A stretch of DNA of 37,703 nt from Bdellovibrionota bacterium (GCA_044352465.1 JBILDU010000016.1:1-37703); one strand, 5' to 3'; positions 9,927 to 20,020 are shown, counted from the stretch's first letter. A program made the numbers and translations. Notes: generated by a model from the sequence alone, not told the origin.

Positions 9927-10463
9927 ATGGCGAATGCCGAGGGAACCATTCCTATCCCCAAGGTATGGCGCTCCGAGATCGGAGGGCTCATCGTTTTCGG
10001 TCTCTCTCTGATGCTCGGAGTTGGGCTCTCCCAGCTCTTTCCGAATACGATTCTGCGGGGGGAGGTACTCCCGTTGGGATTATCGATCGTTTATCTCAAA
10101 CTCCCCTTGTGTTGGCTTATCCCCTTAAGCTGCTGGATTAACTTGCTTTATCGCATGTACAACGTGCGTTACTCGGCTGATACCCGGGGGATCCAAGCAG
10201 TTTTAGGGATACTTTCCCTGAATCAAAGAATCATCCGAGTACGATACGAGGATGTACGGAGTATCGAAACGGATCAGACCGTTGTTGGGCGCATGCTTGA
10301 CGTGGGAGCCGTGGAGATCGGGACCGCCGGAACCGCTGGGGTGGAGCTCACCCTGGCCGGAATCGGCGCCCCCAAAGAGGTACAAGAGATGATCCAGGCC
10401 GAACGGGACAAACGGCAACGCCTTGGTCAGCGGGGGGTCGGTCAGACGGCCCTCGGGGGATAA
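9927..10463 (+). CDS. Bacterial PH-domain (bPH_2/YdbS-type) membrane protein
   Basis: Two TM helices then RY...GILS...VRYEDVRSIETDQTVVGRMLDVGAVEIGTAG...IGAPKEV, the bPH_2 pattern. Confidence 0.85.
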   Translation: MANAEGTIPIPKVWRSEIGGLIVFGLSLMLGVGLSQLFPNTILRGEVLPLGLSIVYLKLPLCWLIPLSCWINLLYRMYNVRYSADTRGIQAVLGILSLNQRIIRVRYEDVRSIETDQTVVGRMLDVGAVEIGTAGTAGVELTLAGIGAPKEVQEMIQAERDKRQRLGQRGVGQTALGG

Positions 10464-10489
10464 AGACCCAAGAAATTGAAGAGCGACCT

Positions 10490-11692
10490 ATGAATACTCG
10501 AAACGGCCAGAAAAAGATCCTCGCGGCGCTCCTCATCGGAGCGATAGCAGTGCAGCCTGTCGCAGCGCAACAAGAGGTAAATCTTGAGGACCTGCGTCGA
10601 GATCTCCGCCAGGCCGGCTCGCTCCCAGCTGGCTTTGAGCCGCTTGATGATACGGATATCGCCGCCGGCGAGGCTTCGCGCAAACTCGAGGAGGCGGAGG
10701 CGCAGCTTTTAAGACAGATCAATTCAGGCAGTCCAGAGTCAGCCCGAGCGGTGATAGACGATGGATTCGGACCAAATCCGGTCGGCCGAACGAACGAGGA
10801 GACCGCCGAACCTGTGAAAGCAGCGGTGGGAACACGGTTTCTGGAAAGCGTGCGCCCAGTCGATGCAGAACCAGCGATCGAGAGCCCCGCTGAGGTGGTA
10901 GCAGCTCAGGTCGTGGCGCAGGATCAGAAGCTACCAGCCACCCTACCGGCGAGCGAGACCGAGGAACCGATTATCTCCCCGAAACCCTCACGTAAGGGCA
11001 AGGTCGAACCCAAAACTCAGGTAGCCACGATCCGTCGTGCTGCAATGGTCTCGACTGATGGTCCGAGCACCGATGAGGATTCCGTTGCCGAGTTACAGGA
11101 CCTCATCAAGCGCCACGGCAAGATCAAAGCCGACCTGCAACGTCAGACCGATGCGGCATCGAAGTACAAGCGCAAAGCCGATGATTTGAGCTCTCAGTTG
11201 AAAAACTCTGAGGCCAAGGTGAAAGCGTTGGAACAGGAACTGACCGAAGCACGCAACCGCTTAATCATCTCCGAAACGGAGGTCGAGCGGCTCTCCGGGC
11301 TGATGGTAACGACGGTCCGAAGTTCGAAGTCGCTCGCAAAGTTGGGCACGGCGCCGAGCGATGGAGCTGCGGTTGCCCCGCGAGCCGCGGCTATAGTTCC
11401 AAGCCGCCGACCGCTGGAAGCGCAGCCCGCTGAGGAGATGCCGGTGGCAACCGTCGTCGTTGAGAAGGCAAATCTCCGCACCGGTCCGGGTGCCGAGCAC
11501 TCACCGCTGATGTCGGTAACCCGTGGCACACGGCTCCTCGTCGAGATTCGGCGTGGGGAGTGGTACCGCGTGGTCTCTCCGAGCGGAACCCGCGCCTGGG
11601 TATCAGCCGACGTCGTCGCGTTCGGTTCCTCCCCCCAAGGGAGCCCCTCGAGAACGGTAAAGGTGAAAGGCTTCGACCCGTCACTCGAATAG
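10490..11692 (+). CDS. Secreted coiled-coil protein with C-terminal bacterial SH3 domain
   Basis: Signal peptide (…VQPVAA); heptad region; ANLRTGPGAEHSPLMSVTRGTRLLV...EWYRV...AWVS is an SH3b signature. Confidence 0.88.
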   Translation: MNTRNGQKKILAALLIGAIAVQPVAAQQEVNLEDLRRDLRQAGSLPAGFEPLDDTDIAAGEASRKLEEAEAQLLRQINSGSPESARAVIDDGFGPNPVGRTNEETAEPVKAAVGTRFLESVRPVDAEPAIESPAEVVAAQVVAQDQKLPATLPASETEEPIISPKPSRKGKVEPKTQVATIRRAAMVSTDGPSTDEDSVAELQDLIKRHGKIKADLQRQTDAASKYKRKADDLSSQLKNSEAKVKALEQELTEARNRLIISETEVERLSGLMVTTVRSSKSLAKLGTAPSDGAAVAPRAAAIVPSRRPLEAQPAEEMPVATVVVEKANLRTGPGAEHSPLMSVTRGTRLLVEIRRGEWYRVVSPSGTRAWVSADVVAFGSSPQGSPSRTVKVKGFDPSLE

Positions 11693-11731
11693 CCGATTCG
11701 AGGAAAGTGGGTCGCTCTTGAAATCGACTCT

Positions 11732-12274
11732 ATGGCGCAACAACCAGCACAGAGAGGCACAAGAACCGTACGGCTCTTAAGTTCAGCTCTCGGCACCGTT
11801 GCGCTCCTTCTGTTGCTCGGCTCTCCCGTCCCCCAGGTTCAAGCGGTCCGACTACGCGCCGCACCGGCGTTTGTCTACCCTCTGATGGCGCCACGCATAT
11901 CGAGCGGATACGGGGTTCGAAACCATCCCGTCACCAAAGTTCACCGCCACCACTCCGGAATCGATTTGGCCGCTCCAGCCGGCTCACCGATCCGCGCTAT
12001 TCGAGGTGGCAAGGTTATCTTTGCTGACTCACTCGGCCCATACGGGAAACTCATCGTGATCGATCACGGGGATGGATTTGTGAGCCGCTACGGCCACTGT
12101 GAAAGCTTAAAAGCCTCGATCGGCGAGCGGGTCACCGCTGGCGAAGTTATCGCCACCGTTGGCCAAAGCGGACGCACGACCGGCCCCCATCTCCACTTTG
12201 AGGTATTGCTCAACGGGAAACCGTTTAACCCAGAGCACCTGATCCCCGGACTCGGCGCCGAGGCTGAAGGATAA
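11732..12274 (+). CDS. M23 family peptidoglycan endopeptidase
   Basis: HSGID (HxxxD), YGH and TGPHLHFEV (HxH) zinc motifs intact; N-terminal hydrophobic anchor. Confidence 0.95.
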   Translation: MAQQPAQRGTRTVRLLSSALGTVALLLLLGSPVPQVQAVRLRAAPAFVYPLMAPRISSGYGVRNHPVTKVHRHHSGIDLAAPAGSPIRAIRGGKVIFADSLGPYGKLIVIDHGDGFVSRYGHCESLKASIGERVTAGEVIATVGQSGRTTGPHLHFEVLLNGKPFNPEHLIPGLGAEAEG

Positions 12275-12671
12275 GCGGTAAGCCGGAGTGCCCCCCCGGT
12301 CATTATGAAGTCCGACAAGCGTCAGCTTCTCAGCGCAAAGAGCGGAGGAAGCAAAACGTCATAAAACTGGGTCGATTGAGTAAGCGATGGTGGTAGCGGC
12401 GTACCATCTCGTGGGGTGATTCTCCCCCCGCACTGCAGCTTTGAGTCATCCACCGAGGGGGGCGCAAAGCAGCTCGCGCTGCTTGCAACGAAATAACCCC
12501 TTGATACGAATCGATTATTATTTTTAAAATGCCTCACAAAAAACCGGCGCCGAAATGCAACACATATCATCCCCTTCCCCATAACTCTTTATGAAACTGG
12601 GGCGCTTGTCGTAATGCGACTTGTCGTCGGTAAAAAATGGTGTAATTCACTAAATCTGTATCAGGAATAAT

Positions 12672-13076
12672 ATGTTCAAGAAAATAGTCGCGAAAGTTAA
12701 CAACAGCTACACGAAGTTTGGGCAGGTAGTTGGCAGTGCTGTACACGCGCCGACCCGCGCTCAATCCCAAGCGATGCTCTTCACCCTCGGCGTCGGCCTC
12801 CTGGCTGTTGGCATGAGCGGTGGTGTCGTGGCGCAAACCGACCTTGTCGACGTTGAGTACAACGACGTACGGTTGGCGAACGCCGTTGACCGAATCTTCA
12901 CCTACCTTGAAGGTAGCTTCGGGGCGTTGATCATGGTGGCCTCCGGTCTGGGAGCCATCATGAGCGCCGCGTTCGGTCAGTATAAGGCCGCGCTCGGATG
13001 TTTGGTGGTAGCTGTAGGAGCGTTCATCCTTCGCTCAGTTCTCTCCACCTTCTTCAACACCGAGTCGCTCGAGTAA
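12672..13076 (+). CDS. VirB2/TrbC/TraA-like pilin
   Basis: AGGA RBS; long leader, then IFTYLEGSFGALIMVASGLGAIMSAAFG...LVVAVGAFILRS (two hydrophobic helices of T4SS pilins); AT-rich upstream region and own terminator. Confidence 0.8.
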   Translation: MFKKIVAKVNNSYTKFGQVVGSAVHAPTRAQSQAMLFTLGVGLLAVGMSGGVVAQTDLVDVEYNDVRLANAVDRIFTYLEGSFGALIMVASGLGAIMSAAFGQYKAALGCLVVAVGAFILRSVLSTFFNTESLE

Positions 13077-13096
13077 TATCACAGCGATTCTGTGTC

Positions 13097-13130
13097 GAAA
13101 GGGGCGCCCTCGGGCGCCCCTTTCTTTTTT
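13097..13130 (+). terminator. Rho-independent terminator after pilin
   Basis: GAAAGGGGCGCCC-TC-GGGCGCCCCTTTC followed by T6. Confidence 0.92.
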
Positions 13131-13271
13131 GAGGTTTCCCGGCACTGCTCTCAGCCCCCCGCCTCAGCGGAGATCCCAAGTGGTGTTTTTGGCTTCAGGG
13201 AAAGCGGTTGTAAAGTTCCCGAGACGTAGTAAGATCCCCCCGGTTACGTATTTTCGGAACAATTCGTCATC

Positions 13272-15371
13272 GTGGTCCCCGAACTCCCGCCGGAACAAAA
13301 CGGTCCCCGTTCAAACGATCCCCGTAACGGCGGCGACGGTGCTCAAGGGGACGACTATGGCGCCTTCGGATCCACCCAAGGGCTGAGAAACTCGTGGGCC
13401 GCGAAGCTGGAATACGCCATCCAGCATCTCCAACGCCCTCTATTACTGAGGCTCATCCGTGAAATCGAGGAGGACCCTACCCTTTCGGTTGAGGTCCGCG
13501 CTCACATCGCAAACTCCCCGATTAACATCGTCCTACGGGGAGAGCCACTCTCAGCTCCACCACTCTTTGCCTATCTTTATAGGGAGAGCATCCCGGCAGC
13601 GGGGATTATCTCGAGCTTTATTAAGATCGGCGCCGATATCCGCAAAGCTGACTCACTGGAGACCCATCTTCTCGACCTCGTCATTCCCCGCTCGGGGAAC
13701 CCCGAACTCATCCACGAATTAGTCGAGCGGGGGGCGCGGGCTCCACGCCAAGGGGCGCAGTTCTCGATCGATGTCGTTACTGAGGAGTCTCCGAACCGCA
13801 CCTATCGATTCCCTAATCAACGTATTGATCCGGAACCGCGCCGTGAGACCGTCGACTTCCGTGGATTGGTGAAGGCATTAAACCGGCTGTATCAAGATGC
13901 GCCGGAGGATACTCAGCACGAATGTCGTAAGTTGATTCAAGCGACTGGTCGCGTCTACGACGGCTATGTGTATCTGCGTGCCACTGAGGAGGCCACGCTC
14001 CTTTCACCCGAACTACGGGCGCGGACCGCGGTGGGGCGGCGTTTTGTCGAGCTCACGGCCTTGATCTTCGGAGGGAGACATCCGCGGGAGATCGTCGGGA
14101 CGATTCAACGGATCGAAGGCCTGATGGATAACCACCCGGATATCCACCACTGGCATCAAAGCGAACCGGAGCTGGCGCTCCTCGTGGGACATCCGGGGAT
14201 GAATTATACCGATCCGAACGACATCGAGGTCGGCAACGCGACCACCCGCTCCCTCACCTCGATCAATCGAATCTACTTCAAAGGGATTCACTCCCTTGAA
14301 CCGAACGCCCGGGAAACGATCGGCAAACTTGGCTTCCTCACCCACGCATTCAAATTTTTTCGCTACGATACCGAGCAGCGCAGAGTCTGGCTCGGTGACG
14401 GTGGTGCGATCGTTCCGGGCTCCAGTATGCTCGAGCAATTTGGTTTTGAGCGGGTTTCCCCGCGCCCGACCGACCGCCGGGTCGACGAGCCAACCCGCGA
14501 CCATCTCGGCACCGGGTTTGTCATGAAGCCTTTTAGCCCAGTTCTGACATCAGGATGGCTCGCCCGCGAACGGGATCTCGATCCAAGTTTCTATATCGAG
14601 TTTCGCCGCGCCTATATTCTCGCGAGCCATCCAGGCCTGGGAACCCTGCTGATACGTAACTCTTCGCCGCTTTTCGGTCGCGATACGTTCCCCCACTTCG
14701 CCTACTGGGGCCCAACGCCGGTCTCGCGTCGATATCCTCCGCTGGATCTCCTTCATCCCGAACATATGATCGCCTCAGGCCGACTACGTCCTGTTCTCAG
14801 CGCAGAGGGTAAGGACTATCGAACAATCTCCCTTGGGTTAATCCAATCGAAAAGCGTCACCCAACTCGTGAACGGCGTCATCGCCGTCAAAGATGGTCTC
14901 CGGCGCTGGAAGTTCGATACCGATGCGGACAGCGCCTGGGAAATCGATCCTCAAACTGGAGTGCGGTATCCGAGCGGCGCAGGGATGCACCTCTCGGAGG
15001 GCTTCCCTGCCCTCGTTCAGCACCTCGTTGAGCGCTACCGTTTCATCGATGCCGCTGAGTCGAGTGGGTATGATGTCGCCGAACAACTGCCCGACCTGGC
15101 CTTCTACCACCCGTACCTTCCTGCTTGGCATCCCCACACGTACACGCTCACGCCGGTCCCCAATGGCCCTGAGACGACAAGGAGTCAGCTCACGCTCTCC
15201 CGCGAGGTACTCGATGGTCTCAAAAAACTCGCCGATCGGAACCTCAGGCGCTCCGATGTAGCTACGTTAGAGCGACTCGGCGTCATGCAATTTTTAATGG
15301 CGGGCGCCCAAGCCCAAGCGGAGCTGGTGATGGTTCCCCCCGCGGCAAAATCGCTGGGTGCGCAGGAGTGA
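13272..15371 (+). CDS. Large hypothetical protein with degenerate ankyrin-like repeats near the N-terminus
   Basis: 699-aa ORF; IISSFIKIGADIRKADSLETHLLDLVIPRSGNPELIHELVERGA resembles the ankyrin consensus; disordered N-terminus, no signal peptide. Confidence 0.75.
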   Translation: MVPELPPEQNGPRSNDPRNGGDGAQGDDYGAFGSTQGLRNSWAAKLEYAIQHLQRPLLLRLIREIEEDPTLSVEVRAHIANSPINIVLRGEPLSAPPLFAYLYRESIPAAGIISSFIKIGADIRKADSLETHLLDLVIPRSGNPELIHELVERGARAPRQGAQFSIDVVTEESPNRTYRFPNQRIDPEPRRETVDFRGLVKALNRLYQDAPEDTQHECRKLIQATGRVYDGYVYLRATEEATLLSPELRARTAVGRRFVELTALIFGGRHPREIVGTIQRIEGLMDNHPDIHHWHQSEPELALLVGHPGMNYTDPNDIEVGNATTRSLTSINRIYFKGIHSLEPNARETIGKLGFLTHAFKFFRYDTEQRRVWLGDGGAIVPGSSMLEQFGFERVSPRPTDRRVDEPTRDHLGTGFVMKPFSPVLTSGWLARERDLDPSFYIEFRRAYILASHPGLGTLLIRNSSPLFGRDTFPHFAYWGPTPVSRRYPPLDLLHPEHMIASGRLRPVLSAEGKDYRTISLGLIQSKSVTQLVNGVIAVKDGLRRWKFDTDADSAWEIDPQTGVRYPSGAGMHLSEGFPALVQHLVERYRFIDAAESSGYDVAEQLPDLAFYHPYLPAWHPHTYTLTPVPNGPETTRSQLTLSREVLDGLKKLADRNLRRSDVATLERLGVMQFLMAGAQAQAELVMVPPAAKSLGAQE

Positions 15372-15477
15372 TGCGCAAAGAATGTAGGGGGGGTAAAAAC
15401 ATCCGCTATGGAGAGAGCATCTTGCGGCGAAATCGAAACTGTCTGTTGTTGACGGAACCTTTATGACGATTGTACTC

Positions 15478-15648
15478 ATGCCGACACCCACGACCGAACC
15501 GAAGCCGGCTCCGACGACTCCGCAAACCGATCCGCCCGCGACGGTGCCTTACCCCCAGCCGGAGCCCCGTCCGTGCCCGAAGCCGGGGAGTACACCGAGC
15601 GAAACGTGTATCTTCAAAGATTTGGTGTTACCGGATCGCCGATCCTAA
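15478..15648 (+). CDS. Possible small Pro/Thr-rich peptide
   Basis: MPTPTTEPKPAPTTPQTDPPATVPYPQPEPRPCPKPG...; fills the gap between two convergent genes; no clear RBS. Confidence 0.4.
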   Translation: MPTPTTEPKPAPTTPQTDPPATVPYPQPEPRPCPKPGSTPSETCIFKDLVLPDRRS

Positions 15649-15657
15649 CTGGGCTGG

Positions 15658-18090
15658 CTAGCGTACCTTCAGCTTCGCGAGTACCTGCTCTTTAAGCTTG
15701 GGGCTCACCTCCGCAGCGCTCGCTTTCTCAAGGACCGAGCGCTGCGCCGTATCACGTGGATCAAGACGGGCGTATGCAAGCGCCCGCACCAGCGGTTCAC
15801 TATGACGGGTCAACGCTTCAACCTGATCGAGGGTAAAGTCCCACTGATGGGATTTTAAATAGCGTGCGCCCTCGACATTAAATCCATCTATCTCAGTGAT
15901 CCCACTCCGCGAGATGAGGAGTTCCACAACCGCTTTCGAAGAAGGTTCGGTGGCGTACCAGCCTTGAATGAAGGCGGGAGCGGAATCCCCTTCGACCTCG
16001 AGCGCAGAGACGAGCGCGACCGCCTGCTCCCGTGAAAGTACCGCATCTTGTCGAATAAGGTACTCAAGCACGGTCGCGGTGCCCGCCCGTACCTTTTCGC
16101 GGAGCTGCTCCCCCGCTCGCTGGCGGACCCCGGCGAGGGGGAAGCGGAGGAGGTCGGCCCACTGCTCGACCGAGAGAATCTTTGCAGTTGGAAGACCTCC
16201 GATGACAGCGAGTCTGTCCCTCACACCCACCGATCTCCAATCCACGAGTTCATCCTCCGCAAACCATCCGAGGAGACGGGGAAGCGCACCGGAGTCACCC
16301 ACAGCCGCGAGAAACATCCGCTCACCGCCAGGGATTTTGGCGATGAGACCTACGAGAATCTTTACCCGTGCTCGAAGCGATTCCTCTGCAAGACCAGCGG
16401 GCACAAAAGACTGCAGCACCTTCGGCGACAGGTCTCCAGCCAGGAGATGACTTGCCGCCCGAGCCGCGGGATCTCCGAGGTATTGAACCTGTTGTTTCAT
16501 AAGCTCCAGAAACACCGGTCCATACGGCGCCGGCAACTGCGCTACCTCAACCAGCGAATACTCAGCCAGCTCAGGAAAGGCCCGCTCAAGATCCACATCA
16601 GCAGCCAGCGCCACCACCGCTCCCGGATGAAGCGAGCGGACCTCGAGGCTTCGCGGCGCCCGCTCTGGAACGATCTTCGCTAACGCGAGACCCAGTAAAA
16701 CATCGCGGTCGACACCCTCCAACTCATGTTGCCACAAGGGGTTGTAACCAACCCGCAGCAACCGGGTATGCACCGTCCCGCTGGGCTCCGCACTACCCTT
16801 CAAAGCGTCGCTCACGATCACCATCTCCGCCGCGGGGTCGCCCGCCGCAAGCGCCGCCTCAGCCACCTGGCGCATCATCGGTGCCTGACCGCTCGCCCAA
16901 TACACCTGATACGGAATCTGCGGACCGTTGGCTTCTTCACCCCACTGAACGATATTAAATTGAAAGAGAAGCGCCACGACGAGCGCGAGCATCCCTCCGA
17001 AGACCAGCACTGGCGTGCTCGAACCGTTTCGCTCCACCACCTTACGCGAACGCTCGGGCGATACCGACTCAGCGGCAACTGAAGCCACATGAGGTTTCGG
17101 ATCGGGAGCCCGTGTATCGACTTCGCGCTTATCACCCGCGGATTCTACCGTCGGCACGGTGGCAGTCGCGGGGGGCTGCACAACCCTCCCTGAGCTCACC
17201 CGGGGAGGTGCGGTGAAATCTCGGGGGGGCGTCCCCACCGCCCCAGGCGAATGTCCCGAAAAGAAGGCCTCAACAGCACCGCTGACCGGACGCTCCCCGG
17301 GGCTCTCCGCCATCATCGATTCAAGAAAGCGGAGCTGTTCCGCGCTCAAAGCTCCACCGAGCAGGGCGCGCAACACGATGGCTAAACCAAATACATCGCT
17401 TGCGGGTACAGGCACTTCCCCACGCCCGATTTCAGGGGCCAGGTCGTGATAGCGCGCGCCTGCCCCACTCCATGCTGCGAAACCGTAATCGAGTAGCCCA
17501 GGGGAATCCCCCTCAATGATGACGTTATTGGGAACGATATGGCCGTGAACAACCCCGAGTCCTTCAAGATGCCGCACATAGGCGATGAGTCGACGCGCCA
17601 GATGGAGCGGATGCATCGACGATAAACCGTCCGTTGAGGGACTCTCACCGAGGGTTGCGGGGTAATATCGCCGCCGCATCCAGAGCTGTGCTCCACCAGA
17701 ACCTTCGAACTCACCCGCGGCGATGACACCCACCACTCCGTTGAGGGCACCGTGCGTTCGCATGAGAGCTTGGCGCCGCGCAGGATCGAGACCGGGATCG
17801 CTCAGACGAGTTATCGTCATGACCCCCTTCTCAAGCACAAGGGGCCGCACGTCCCAGAGAGCCTCCATAAAGTGAGCTCCCACGAGGACACCTGGTGGAC
17901 GTGGCACGAGACTTAAGACTCGCTCGACCGCTGCGCGTTGTTCAGGAGTGAATTGCTCCGCCGACACGGTACGACCACCCGCACCCGAGCGGCCGTCTTT
18001 AACGACGAAAAGATGTTTCGGCTTCCCCGAAACGATGCTCACGTAATGAACTCCCCGCGGGGGCCAGAGCTCCCCGAATTTCGGTTCCAT
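15658..18090 (-). CDS. Membrane Ser/Thr kinase-like protein (probable pseudokinase) with helical-repeat C-terminal domain
   Basis: VVHGHIVPNN (catalytic loop position), LLDYG, LAPE, SDVFGLA, ERP; Pro-rich linker; one TM; HEAT-like EPLVRALAY. Confidence 0.85.
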   Translation of the reverse strand: MEPKFGELWPPRGVHYVSIVSGKPKHLFVVKDGRSGAGGRTVSAEQFTPEQRAAVERVLSLVPRPPGVLVGAHFMEALWDVRPLVLEKGVMTITRLSDPGLDPARRQALMRTHGALNGVVGVIAAGEFEGSGGAQLWMRRRYYPATLGESPSTDGLSSMHPLHLARRLIAYVRHLEGLGVVHGHIVPNNVIIEGDSPGLLDYGFAAWSGAGARYHDLAPEIGRGEVPVPASDVFGLAIVLRALLGGALSAEQLRFLESMMAESPGERPVSGAVEAFFSGHSPGAVGTPPRDFTAPPRVSSGRVVQPPATATVPTVESAGDKREVDTRAPDPKPHVASVAAESVSPERSRKVVERNGSSTPVLVFGGMLALVVALLFQFNIVQWGEEANGPQIPYQVYWASGQAPMMRQVAEAALAAGDPAAEMVIVSDALKGSAEPSGTVHTRLLRVGYNPLWQHELEGVDRDVLLGLALAKIVPERAPRSLEVRSLHPGAVVALAADVDLERAFPELAEYSLVEVAQLPAPYGPVFLELMKQQVQYLGDPAARAASHLLAGDLSPKVLQSFVPAGLAEESLRARVKILVGLIAKIPGGERMFLAAVGDSGALPRLLGWFAEDELVDWRSVGVRDRLAVIGGLPTAKILSVEQWADLLRFPLAGVRQRAGEQLREKVRAGTATVLEYLIRQDAVLSREQAVALVSALEVEGDSAPAFIQGWYATEPSSKAVVELLISRSGITEIDGFNVEGARYLKSHQWDFTLDQVEALTRHSEPLVRALAYARLDPRDTAQRSVLEKASAAEVSPKLKEQVLAKLKVR

Positions 18091-18237
18091 TCCCCAACTC
18101 TCTGCGAGAAGCTTCCGACGACAAGCCCTGCCGAGGTGGGGCGAATCCCCTGAATTACCTTCGAATTATACCATACGTCCGCAGCGAGCGCATGCCGAGA
18201 AGACGCCTTCCGGCACAAGGAAAGAGATGTCGTGAAC

Positions 18238-19383
18238 CTACTTGCGGCTCTGGATGAGCTCATCCAATTCAGCCTTCACCCGGGGTAGGATTTCTTCGTA
18301 GGAGAAAGCTCCGATAAGCTCTCCACGACGCTTAAAGTTCACGTGATTCGGAGCGCACCATAGCCCGATATCAGCATCATCGGTTTCCCCTGGGCCGTTG
18401 ACCCGGCAACCCATGACGGCGATGGTGATATTCTCATTCGCCGCGAAGGCGGAGAGCTCCTTCACCTTCTCGGCGAGCTCCACAAAGCTTTCGTTCTCAA
18501 CCCGCGAACACGAGGGGCACGAGATGATATTGAGACCCGCCTGTTCAAAACGGGGGACGGACCTGAAGCGACCGGCGTACACGTCCTCGATGATTCGTTT
18601 GCCGAGAACCACCTCTTCGAACTTGCGCGCATATGGGAGCGTGAGGGAGACCCGCACAGTATCGCCGATTCCTTGTGCCAGCAGATTCTCAAATGCGACC
18701 CGGGTCTTCACCTCCCCCATCGGCAACATGCCAGCTTCGGTAACTCCGAGATGGAGCGGAATATTCGGATAATCAGCGGCAAATTTGCGGTTGATATCGA
18801 TGACATCGTTCGGGTCGGAGCTCTTCAGCGAGACCACAAATCGCTCGAAATTAAGGTCGCCCATATATCCGATATGCTCGCCCACTGAGCTCAGAGCCGC
18901 TGAGAGCGAGTCCTCTCCGCGCTCCGACTGAGCGGGGTCGAGGGAGCCAAAGTTGACACCGATGCGCACCGCACAATCGTGCTCGCGAGCCGCGTTCACG
19001 ATGTACTTCACCTTTTCGAATACCGGCACCTCCTTTTCATGGTGATGCAGATGGCCTGGGTTGTAGCGAATTTTTTGGACGTAGGGGGCTACTTTCGACG
19101 CGAGCTTATAGCTCTCCTGAAGATCGACGACGATACGAGCGGTCGTGCGCGGCCGAATCGCCGCAAGTGCCTCGACATCTTTCCGGCTATCGACCGCGAT
19201 TCGGATAATGTCCGCCCCGTGCTCCTGGAGCAGAGCTATCTGCCCAAGCGTGGCTTCGATATCTTGGGTGCGGGTCGCACACATCGACTGCACTGCGATC
19301 GGATGGGCCGAGCCGAGGGCGATATCTCCAACCGGAACGCTGCGGGTCTTACGTCGTTGAATCCGTGATTTCAGGTCGGTCAT
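18238..19383 (-). CDS. ispG: (E)-4-hydroxy-3-methylbut-2-enyl-diphosphate synthase
   Basis: [61 protein letters not shown]; likely start [14 protein letters not shown]. Confidence 0.97.
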   Translation of the reverse strand: MTDLKSRIQRRKTRSVPVGDIALGSAHPIAVQSMCATRTQDIEATLGQIALLQEHGADIIRIAVDSRKDVEALAAIRPRTTARIVVDLQESYKLASKVAPYVQKIRYNPGHLHHHEKEVPVFEKVKYIVNAAREHDCAVRIGVNFGSLDPAQSERGEDSLSAALSSVGEHIGYMGDLNFERFVVSLKSSDPNDVIDINRKFAADYPNIPLHLGVTEAGMLPMGEVKTRVAFENLLAQGIGDTVRVSLTLPYARKFEEVVLGKRIIEDVYAGRFRSVPRFEQAGLNIISCPSCSRVENESFVELAEKVKELSAFAANENITIAVMGCRVNGPGETDDADIGLWCAPNHVNFKRRGELIGAFSYEEILPRVKAELDELIQSRK

Positions 19384-19530
19384 CGTTCGCCTCACTACAC
19401 TCTGATACTCAATAACTCCCGCGCACCCTGCAAAAGGATTAGCTCTCCATCTTACATAGTGGTATTGAACACGGGGTTTGAGATTTACTACCATTCGGGT
19501 GAAGTTTTTGCACCTCCGGGAGGTCGACCG

Positions 19531-19908
19531 ATGATTCGCGCGCTCTTTTTTGTGTTGATTTGCTTCGGGGGGCTGACTCCCCCAGCTTATGGTGCTGGCC
19601 CAAGCGAAGAGCGGCCTTTCTTGCCGACCTGGAAACTCCTAAATCAAGAGCAAAAGCAACAATTTATCGCTGGATATCTGTTCGGCTGGAACGATGCCGC
19701 CCAGATCACCGCCATCGTCGCCGGATTCGCCAAGGAGAACCCCGAGCAGGCCCAGCGGGGACTCGAGAAGCTACAGAGCTTGTACGACGTCGGCAACCTA
19801 AAGCCGGGAGCCATCGCGCGAGAAGTCGATACTTTTTATAGCAACCCGAGCAACAGCTCGGCTGGATTATCGCGTGCCGTCTCGTTTGCTAAGGGCAACC
19901 TTAAATAG
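19531..19908 (+). CDS. Secreted small helical hypothetical protein
   Basis: GGAGGT RBS; signal peptide; [20 protein letters not shown]. Confidence 0.8.
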   Translation: MIRALFFVLICFGGLTPPAYGAGPSEERPFLPTWKLLNQEQKQQFIAGYLFGWNDAAQITAIVAGFAKENPEQAQRGLEKLQSLYDVGNLKPGAIAREVDTFYSNPSNSSAGLSRAVSFAKGNLK

Positions 19909-20020
19909 TCTGGTGTTCATCCCCCGAACCCCCTAAAATTCCAAGGTGGGCGGCAATAGTCGGCGACCCACCGAATTCGGATGGGACACGGTAGTATCAA
20001 TTACGAAAGGCCAAGACGGT

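Noticed and set aside
1676..13130. Calling the tra cluster an ICE or conjugative plasmid
   Set aside because: No relaxase, coupling protein, integrase, att site or replication gene in the window; cannot be excluded beyond the left edge.
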